Positions 1 through 5,115 of a stretch of 5,115 nt of DNA are shown here, in pieces. The notes beneath the pieces were generated by a model. The model was not told where the DNA came from, searched no databases, and saw only the letters and a list, made by a program, of their open reading frames with translations. The position numbers were made by a program, and so were the translations under genes. The number at the start of each line of letters is the position of its first letter. Within the stretch, counting starts at the first letter, position 1. The stretch spans positions 1 through 5,115 of the forward strand of contig JAWBIX010000029.1 of the NCBI GenBank assembly GCA_038833255.1. The letters are read 5' to 3'. Source of the stretch: Nanopusillaceae archaeon (GTDB taxonomy: Archaea > Nanobdellota > Nanobdellia > Nanobdellales > Nanobdellaceae).

Positions 1-57
1 AAAAATTATGAAATATTTCAAATTAGGCTATGTAATGGATTTTTTATTGAAGAATAA
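1..57 (+). CDS. Possible 3' end of an upstream gene that enters from the left edge, with its stop overlapping the arlH start; product unknown
   Basis: Frame 1 is open from base 1 to TAA at 55-57 (..KNYEIFQIRLCNGFFIEE*). The stop shares one base with the arlH ATG (TAATG, 55-59), which is typical of coupled operon genes. Caveat: frame 2 is also open (2..64) and 18 codons is too short to discriminate. In canonical archaellum operons arlG/arlF precede arlH, but that cannot be verified from 18 residues. Confidence 0.3.
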   Translation, partial: KNYEIFQIRLCNGFFIEE

Positions 58-758
58 TGAGTGAATACATTTCAATTTATTTAGATAGGGACGATTTTGA
101 ACAAAGAATTGGGGGAGGCTTACCTAAAAGGGCAATTGCAATAATAGAAGGTGAAGATGGGGGAGGAAAAAGCATTATTTCCCAAAGAATAACATATGGA
201 GCTTTAGTAAACAATGCTACGGTTTGTTATATTTCTACAGAGATGACAACTTTAGATTTCATAAGACAAATGGATTCTTTAAACTATCCGATTCAAGATT
301 ATCTTCTAACAGATAGATTATTGTTTATTTCTCTAACAAATTTATTTGGTAAATTAAAAAATAAAGAAAATTTGATATTGGAATTAATGAAAAACAAAGC
401 AAAAAAAATATTTGAGAAAGACATAATTATTATCGATTCTCTCTTTTATCCTTTAGTAAATCATATTAAACAAATGGATGTAGTTAAATTTTTAAATTTT
501 TTACAAAAAATAAAGGAAAGAGATAAAGTAATAATTTTAACTTATAATCCAGAAACTATCAGTAAATATCTAGTTGATGATTTAAGAAAAACTGCCGATA
601 TATATTTTAAAGTTGGTATATCTTCCTTAGCCGGACAACTAACAAGATATCTTGAAATAAAAAGATTCAGGAATGCTAAACAACAGTATGATTTACTAAT
701 ACCATTTAGAGTTGAGCCTAAATTAGGCTTAATAGTTGAAATTGTAACAATAGTATGA
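57..758 (+). CDS. arlH: Archaellum protein ArlH (FlaH), a KaiC/RecA-like ATP-binding protein
   Basis: 233 aa, the usual ArlH size. N-terminal GGGLPKRAIAIIEGEDGGGKS contains Walker A GEDGGGKS (nt 150-173). Walker B-like IIIIDS (nt 423-440) has Ser rather than a catalytic Glu after the Asp, as I recall for ArlH/FlaH. The gene sits directly upstream of, and overlaps, an ArlI-type ATPase gene. Confidence 0.85.
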   Translation: MSEYISIYLDRDDFEQRIGGGLPKRAIAIIEGEDGGGKSIISQRITYGALVNNATVCYISTEMTTLDFIRQMDSLNYPIQDYLLTDRLLFISLTNLFGKLKNKENLILELMKNKAKKIFEKDIIIIDSLFYPLVNHIKQMDVVKFLNFLQKIKERDKVIILTYNPETISKYLVDDLRKTADIYFKVGISSLAGQLTRYLEIKRFRNAKQQYDLLIPFRVEPKLGLIVEIVTIV

Positions 759-2425
759 ATCCTCAAAAAACGGAACAACAGTTTGTAATAAGAAAAAGAC
801 ATATTAAACTTCTTCAAATTCCAATAACTAAAGATTTTAACGAGGCTTTAAACAAATTTCCACATCTTAGAGAGTATGTAAATAAGATTTCTGTTAGAAT
901 TGGAATGCCTGAATGGTTAACTGAATTAGATAGGAGATTGAGAGAGAGAGAAGTTTTTAATATTTTATATCCTGTTGGAGATCCAATTTTTATTAATATT
1001 TATAAAGTGCCTGGAGAAGAGATTTCGTATGTAGCAATAGAACCTAAATTAACTGATAGGGAGAGAACTTTATTAGAAAAAATACAAAGCAAAATAGTTA
1101 AGCTAGCTTTAGAATCTATACACTATGAAGATATTGAAAAAATAAAAGAAACAATTGAAAACCTATATGATAAAGTAGTTACCATTAATAAATCATCTTT
1201 ATTTTCTGGGAAAATTTCTTTAAGAAATAAAGAAGAATATGAAAAATTAAAGTATTTTTTAATTAGAGAAAGATTAGGATTTGGAAAATTAGAACCTTTA
1301 ATAAGAGATCCTTACATAGAAGATGTCCACACATTGGGTGTTGGTCCTGTATGGATAGTTCATAAGATATTTGGAACTATAAAAACTAATATTGAATTTA
1401 TTAATGAAGAAGAATTAAATAAATATGTTATAAGATATTCTGAAATAGTAGAAAGACCTGTATCTGAAGCAAGACCAATATCAGATGCTATACTACCAGA
1501 TGGTTCAAGAGTAAACTTTATTTACGGTAAAGATATATCTTTACATGGCTCATCCTTTACAATAAGAAAATTTACTGCAAAGCCAATTAGTATAACTCAA
1601 TTAATTTCATTTGGAACTATTTCCCCTGAAGAAGCAGCATATTTATGGTTAGCAATTGAACATGGAATGAATGTTTTTGTTATTGGAGAAACAGCTTCAG
1701 GTAAAACAACAACCTTAAATGCTATAACTACATTTATAAGACCTGACTGGAAAGTTTATTCTGTAGAAGATACTCCAGAATTAAATATACCACATGAAAT
1801 TTGGCAAAGATTAGTAACTAGACAACATGGAAAAAGGACAGATATTGAAATGTATGACTTATTGAGAGCGGCATTAAGGTCAAGACCTAATTATATTTTA
1901 GTTGGAGAGATAAGAGGAAAAGAAGGATTTGTAGCTTTTCAGGCTATGCAAACTGGACATCCTGTAATGTCTACTTTTCATGCAGGATCTTTAAATCAGC
2001 TTATAGAGAGACTTACTGGAGAACCAATTAATATTCCGATTACTTTCATAGATAACTTAAATGTAGTTGTATTACAAGGAACTGTTTACATTAAAGGAAA
2101 AATGGAAAGAAGAGTATTAAAAATATATGAAATTGAGAGATATATACATGAACTAAAAAGAATAGCTGCAAGAGAGGTGTTTGTTTGGGATAGAATAAAT
2201 GACAAACATGTTTTTAGAGGAAAATATAATAGTTATATTTTAGAGTATAAAATTGCTCCTTTATTGAGACTTCCTGATAGAAGAAAAATATATGATATAT
2301 TAGAAGAAAGAGCTAAAATACTTAAAAGAATGGTTGAAGAAGAAATATTTGACTTTTTTGAAGTTTGGGAAGTAATTAAGAAATTTTATTCTGAAGGCAA
2401 AAAAGGTCTTCCTTTCGTCGTATAG
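755..2425 (+). CDS. arlI: Archaellum motor ATPase ArlI (FlaI), type II/IV secretion system ATPase family
   Basis: 556 aa. Walker A GETASGKT (nt 1685-1708). Asp box VYSVEDTPEL (nt 1754-1783). Walker B YILVGE followed by IRGKE (from nt 1892). His box GHPVMSTFHA (nt 1955-1984). The N-terminal region has YPVGDPIFINIY and YVAIEPKLTDRE, typical of FlaI N-domains. The start ATG overlaps the arlH stop (ATGA, 755-758). Confidence 0.9.
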   Translation: MNPQKTEQQFVIRKRHIKLLQIPITKDFNEALNKFPHLREYVNKISVRIGMPEWLTELDRRLREREVFNILYPVGDPIFINIYKVPGEEISYVAIEPKLTDRERTLLEKIQSKIVKLALESIHYEDIEKIKETIENLYDKVVTINKSSLFSGKISLRNKEEYEKLKYFLIRERLGFGKLEPLIRDPYIEDVHTLGVGPVWIVHKIFGTIKTNIEFINEEELNKYVIRYSEIVERPVSEARPISDAILPDGSRVNFIYGKDISLHGSSFTIRKFTAKPISITQLISFGTISPEEAAYLWLAIEHGMNVFVIGETASGKTTTLNAITTFIRPDWKVYSVEDTPELNIPHEIWQRLVTRQHGKRTDIEMYDLLRAALRSRPNYILVGEIRGKEGFVAFQAMQTGHPVMSTFHAGSLNQLIERLTGEPINIPITFIDNLNVVVLQGTVYIKGKMERRVLKIYEIERYIHELKRIAAREVFVWDRINDKHVFRGKYNSYILEYKIAPLLRLPDRRKIYDILEERAKILKRMVEEEIFDFFEVWEVIKKFYSEGKKGLPFVV

Positions 2426-2430
2426 TTTTT
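2426..2430 (+). terminator. Oligo-T run immediately after the arlI stop; candidate archaeal intrinsic termination signal
   Basis: TAG (2423-2425) is followed directly by TTTTT. Archaeal RNA polymerase terminates at short T-tracts. In this AT-rich sequence T5 runs are common, so specificity is low. Confidence 0.35.
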
Positions 2431-2443
2431 ATATCTTTCTAGT

Positions 2444-2458
2444 AACAACATTTATAAA
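2444..2458 (+). promoter_or_regulatory. Candidate archaeal BRE/TATA promoter for the 110-aa ORF, placed for a leaderless or near-leaderless mRNA
   Basis: TTTATAAA at 2451-2458 is preceded by the purine-rich AACAACA (2444-2450). The TATA box starts 29 nt upstream of the ATG at 2480, which puts the predicted transcription start at or next to the start codon. No Shine-Dalgarno-like GGAGG/GGTGA lies in between. Confidence 0.45.
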
Positions 2459-2479
2459 CTTTTCTAAATATGATAATCT

Positions 2480-2812
2480 ATGAAAATTGACGAAATGATC
2501 GAGACTTCATGGTTCCTTCTTTATTTATACAATAAGTATGCTCATAAAATATATAAAAAAATTTCTCATGCTGATCTTAAGCTTCTTTTAATTATTTCTT
2601 ATAATGATAAAGATTTGAAAGAAATAATCAAAGAACTAAAAGAAGGTAAAAAACAATTTTTAAATGCAATAAAAGAGGGCGATCTCCAAAAAGCATATAG
2701 AATTTTTAAAAATATTGAAAAAAAATTTGTAGAGTTTGAAAATAAGAGTATTGAGAGAATAGAAAATTTAGTAAAAATAAGAGCACTAGATATTGCTAGA
2801 TCTAAAACTTAA
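2480..2812 (+). CDS. Hypothetical small protein (110 aa), predicted soluble, all-helical and K/E-rich; no family recognised
   Basis: This is the only long ORF in an otherwise unexplained 411-nt gap between arlI and mgtE. It has the same strand and codon/amino-acid style as its neighbours and a plausible own promoter. It ends 24 nt before mgtE. There is no TM-length hydrophobic segment (longest is SWFLLYLY) and no motif I recognise. An alternative start is Met6 at nt 2495. Confidence 0.6.
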   Translation: MKIDEMIETSWFLLYLYNKYAHKIYKKISHADLKLLLIISYNDKDLKEIIKELKEGKKQFLNAIKEGDLQKAYRIFKNIEKKFVEFENKSIERIENLVKIRALDIARSKT

Positions 2813-2824
2813 TTTTTTAAAAAA
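2813..2824 (+). promoter_or_regulatory. Perfect T6A6 palindrome directly after the small-ORF stop; either a T-tract terminator/pause site or an A/T-rich promoter element for mgtE
   Basis: TTTTTTAAAAAA occupies 2813-2824, between TAA (2810-2812) and the mgtE ATG (2837). Its function cannot be decided from sequence. Confidence 0.3.
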
Positions 2825-2836
2825 GATTAATAATTT

Positions 2837-4216
2837 ATGACTATTGAATCTTATATAGAAAATATTCTAAAAGAAATAAAAGAAGAAAGAATTAATGAAG
2901 CAATTAAAATTTTTGATTCTCTATCTCCACAAGACGCTATAGAAGTTTTATTAAGATTAGACAGGAACTATAGAAATAAAATATACGCTTTCTCTAATTT
3001 ATCTAATGTATTTAAGGCATTAGACCATCTTCCAGAAGAAATATTAAATGAAATTATAATTTATAAAGGTATAGATTCCTTTTTAAATTATTTAGAAACG
3101 TATTCTTTAGATAAAATCTCTGAAATATTATTTAAATTGTCTCCAACAAAAAGAAAAGAAATAATTGAACTTATGCCAAAAGATATAAAAGAAGAACTGA
3201 GAAATATTTTAAAATATCCTGAAGAAAGCGCGGGAAGTATTATGACAACTTTAGTACCTGTTTTTAATCATGAAAAAACCGTTGGAGAAGTATTAGAAAT
3301 ATATATTAAAAAATTGGAAAATGGTGAATATGATGAATATAATAAAATTTTTATTGTAGATAACAATTTTAAATTAGTTGGATATATAGACTTTACAGAG
3401 TTGATAACAAAAGATAAAAATAAAAAAATAAAAGAATTTGTAGAACCTGTAAAAGTTTATGTAGAACCATATTTAGATAGAGAAGAAGTTGTAAGGATAG
3501 CAATAAGATATAATTTATCAGAAATTCCTGTAGTTGATAGTGATAAAAAATTTTTAGGTGTTATATCTATAAAAAATTTATTAAATGTAATGGTAAAAGA
3601 ACATTCAGAAGATTTATTAAAATATGGTGGTTTTTTAGAAACTATAAAGGGAAAATATGTTTCTTCTAATCAATTAAACATTGCAATAAAAAGAATTCCA
3701 ATGCTGATTTATCTTTATTTAATAAATTTAATAACTGGAGGAATTACTGTATTTTTTGAAAATATAATAAGTAAGATAGCTGTATTAGCAGCATTTATGC
3801 CACTTTTAGCAGATAATTCTGGAAATATAGGATCACAATCTAGTGCTCTTATATTAAGAAGTCTAATAACTGGAGAATTAAAAGCTTCTAAAAGAGATAT
3901 AATTTATGTAATAATTAAGGAATTTACAATAACTTCCATAATGCTTGTATTTTTAACACCAATTGCTTTTTCTATAGGATTGTTAATCCCAATATTAGCT
4001 AAACTTTCTTTAGAATTTTCTTTAAAAATTGCAATTGTAGTAACAATTGCTTTATCTATTTCTTGTTATGTTTCAGATATTTTTGGATCTTTGTTACCAA
4101 TATTATTAGCAAAACTAAAGATTGATCCAGCCGTAGCTTCGGCTCCTATAGTAACAAGTATTGGAGATATAATTGCCGTATCTATTTATTTTATCATTGC
4201 TTCTATCCTTCTATAA
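2837..4216 (+). CDS. mgtE: Magnesium transporter/channel MgtE (N-domain + tandem CBS + 5-TM domain)
   Basis: 459 aa. N-domain-like helical repeats (SLSPQDAIEVLLRL, LSPTKRKEIIELMPKD). CBS pair at about nt 3236-3586 (AGSIMTT...IFIVDNNFKLVGYI and IPVVDSDKKFLGVISIKNLL). TM-domain signature PLLADNSGNIGSQSSALILRS (nt 3800-3862). C-terminal signature DPAVASAPIVTSIGDIIAVSIYF (nt 4124-4192). Confidence 0.92.
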   Translation: MTIESYIENILKEIKEERINEAIKIFDSLSPQDAIEVLLRLDRNYRNKIYAFSNLSNVFKALDHLPEEILNEIIIYKGIDSFLNYLETYSLDKISEILFKLSPTKRKEIIELMPKDIKEELRNILKYPEESAGSIMTTLVPVFNHEKTVGEVLEIYIKKLENGEYDEYNKIFIVDNNFKLVGYIDFTELITKDKNKKIKEFVEPVKVYVEPYLDREEVVRIAIRYNLSEIPVVDSDKKFLGVISIKNLLNVMVKEHSEDLLKYGGFLETIKGKYVSSNQLNIAIKRIPMLIYLYLINLITGGITVFFENIISKIAVLAAFMPLLADNSGNIGSQSSALILRSLITGELKASKRDIIYVIIKEFTITSIMLVFLTPIAFSIGLLIPILAKLSLEFSLKIAIVVTIALSISCYVSDIFGSLLPILLAKLKIDPAVASAPIVTSIGDIIAVSIYFIIASILL

Positions 4217-5115
4217 TTAATTTTTTAATTTCATTTATATCCATGTTGTTATAGCTTTCCAAAACAATTCTATATAGTGGTTCTGTTTGAGATTCTCTAA
4301 CTAAAATTCTAAATTGATTACCAATAAATTCTAATCCATCCAATTCTCCATTTAAATCTTCAATCTTTATTTCTTTATTTTCAAAATATTTTTTCAAAAT
4401 ATCAATTATATTTTTGTTTTTCTCTAAAGATAAAAGTTCATAATAAAATTCTGGAGCTTTTAAGTCTTCAAGGGATAGATTATTCTTTTTTAATTCTCTT
4501 AACAATCTTAATAATGCAAATAAAGAATCGCTAGAATAAAAGTTTTCATAAAAATAATAATGACACGATATTTCAGCTGCCAAAAAAACGTTATTTTCCA
4601 TACATTTCTTAATTATAAATGGTCTTCCTGTTCTAGATATTATAAAGTCTGCTTTTTTATTTTTTATATATTCTCTAAGAAAGATTGGTAAAGATATTTC
4701 CAATAAAAACTTTCTTTTTTCTTTTATAAATGCTAATAAATATTCATATGGCTTAACAATTCTACCATTTCTATCTACAAACCCTATTCTATCTCCGTCT
4801 CCATCAAAAACAACACCAAGGTCTAGTTTCTTATTCCTAACTAATTCTACCATTTGTTTCATATTTTCATCAACTGACGGATCTGGAGGATGGGCTGGAA
4901 AATTCCCATCTAATTTATCATTTATTGCATATACCTCGTTTCCTAAATCTAAAAGAATATCCTTGAATAATGACATAACTGAATTTGAAGGATCATAGCC
5001 AATTCTATACCCTTTTATGTCTCTAAACTTTTTATACAAATACCATTTATATATTTCTATTGCTGACGGTTCTTCTTCTACTATTCCTACTCTTTCAGAA
5101 GGAACTTTAACCTCT
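4203..5115 (-). CDS. Phosphoglucomutase/phosphomannomutase family protein (alpha-D-phosphohexomutase), domains II-IV; 5' end lies beyond the right window edge
   Basis: Metal-binding loop DGDGDR (nt 4788-4805). Sugar-binding loop in the variant form AEISCH (nt 4560-4577). Phosphate-binding loop RESQTEPLYR (nt 4269-4298). The ORF track begins at a TTG (5039), but the same frame stays open to base 5114 (..EVKVPSERVGIVEEEPSAIEIYKWY-LYKKF..). The catalytic phosphoserine domain I is not present in the window, so the gene continues upstream off-window. Confidence 0.85.
   Translation of the reverse strand, partial: EVKVPSERVGIVEEEPSAIEIYKWYLYKKFRDIKGYRIGYDPSNSVMSLFKDILLDLGNEVYAINDKLDGNFPAHPPDPSVDENMKQMVELVRNKKLDLGVVFDGDGDRIGFVDRNGRIVKPYEYLLAFIKEKRKFLLEISLPIFLREYIKNKKADFIISRTGRPFIIKKCMENNVFLAAEISCHYYFYENFYSSDSLFALLRLLRELKKNNLSLEDLKAPEFYYELLSLEKNKNIIDILKKYFENKEIKIEDLNGELDGLEFIGNQFRILVRESQTEPLYRIVLESYNNMDINEIKKLIIEG
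4221..4226 (+). terminator. T6 run 5 nt downstream of the mgtE stop; candidate terminator lying inside the 3' coding end of the convergent gene
   Basis: TAA (4214-4216), then TTAA, then TTTTTT (4221-4226). Same low-specificity caveat as the other T-tracts. Confidence 0.3.

Noticed and set aside
2-64. Alternative frame-2 reading of the left edge (..KIMKYFKLGYVMDFLLKNNE*), which would overlap arlH by 8 nt
   Set aside because: It cannot be distinguished from the frame-1 reading over so few codons. I favoured frame 1 only because of the classic TAATG junction. Both remain unproven, and the region could even be non-coding.
401-408. A8 homopolymer in arlH (plus several A6-A7/T6 runs elsewhere), considered as slippage or phase-variation sites
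   Set aside because: Such runs are expected from Lys/Phe/Asn/Ile codons at this base composition. All affected ORFs are intact and in frame.
542-817. 91-aa ORF on the - strand spanning the arlH/arlI junction
   Set aside because: It is entirely antisense to two well-supported, motif-bearing genes. Its sequence (F/L/I/S/K-rich, no motif) is what the antisense reading of AT-rich coding DNA typically produces. It has no independent start context.
940-950. GAGAGAGAGAG dinucleotide run inside arlI
   Set aside because: It is short (11 nt) and simply encodes the in-frame ..RLRERE.. sequence. There is no sign of a frameshift or a phase-variation arrangement, and the ORF is intact through it.
2813-2836. 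M-box-type Mg2+ riboswitch upstream of mgtE
   Set aside because: Only 24 nt are available, far too short for an M-box (well over 100 nt), and the element is bacterial. The preceding 333 nt form a clean ORF rather than a structured, GC-enriched leader.
4129-4144. GC-rich 5-bp stem with a 6-nt loop (AGCCG-TAGCTT-CGGCT), the most GC-rich spot in the window; considered as a piece of a structured RNA
   Set aside because: It lies inside the most conserved MgtE motif (DPAVASAP), whose Ala/Pro/Val codons explain the GC content. It is too small and isolated to be a tRNA or ncRNA, and no flanking structure is present.
5037-5039. TTG offered as the start of the - strand mutase ORF
   Set aside because: The frame stays open upstream to the window edge (5040-5114 encode EVKVPSERVGIVEEEPSAIEIYKWY). 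The family's domain I, with the catalytic phosphoserine loop, is missing. The gene is therefore truncated by the window and does not start here.
1-5115. Screen for CRISPR repeats, tRNA/rRNA, transposase or integrase genes, inverted terminal repeats and long direct repeats
   Set aside because: By eye I found no periodic repeat-spacer pattern, no GC-rich islands of RNA-gene size, and no ORF with recombinase or transposase motifs. The six-frame track is fully accounted for by the five genes plus one antisense artefact.

Overview
The window is very AT-rich (roughly a quarter G+C by eye, not computed) and tightly packed. Its proteins are rich in K, I and E, which suggests an archaeon, possibly thermophilic and/or small-genome. 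The + strand carries two translationally coupled archaellum motor genes: arlH/flaH (KaiC/RecA-like ATP-binding protein) and arlI/flaI (type II/IV secretion-family hexameric ATPase). Both have intact nucleotide-binding motifs. The expected next gene, the polytopic membrane platform arlJ/flaJ, is absent. Instead arlI is followed by a T-run and a TATA-like box placed for a leaderless transcript. Next comes an unrecognisable 110-aa helical K/E-rich ORF, and 24 nt later a full-length MgtE Mg2+ channel (N-domain, CBS pair, TM domain with both signature motifs). On the - strand, a phosphoglucomutase/phosphomannomutase-family gene runs off the right edge of the window, and its 3' end overlaps the 3' end of mgtE by 14 bp. 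I see no rRNA, tRNA, CRISPR array, mobile element or long repeat. The most interesting features are the arlJ-less end of the archaellum cluster and the orphan small ORF coupled to mgtE. A short stretch of that ORF resembles the opening helix of the MgtE N-domain. All functional calls rest on motif recognition by eye, because no searches could be run.
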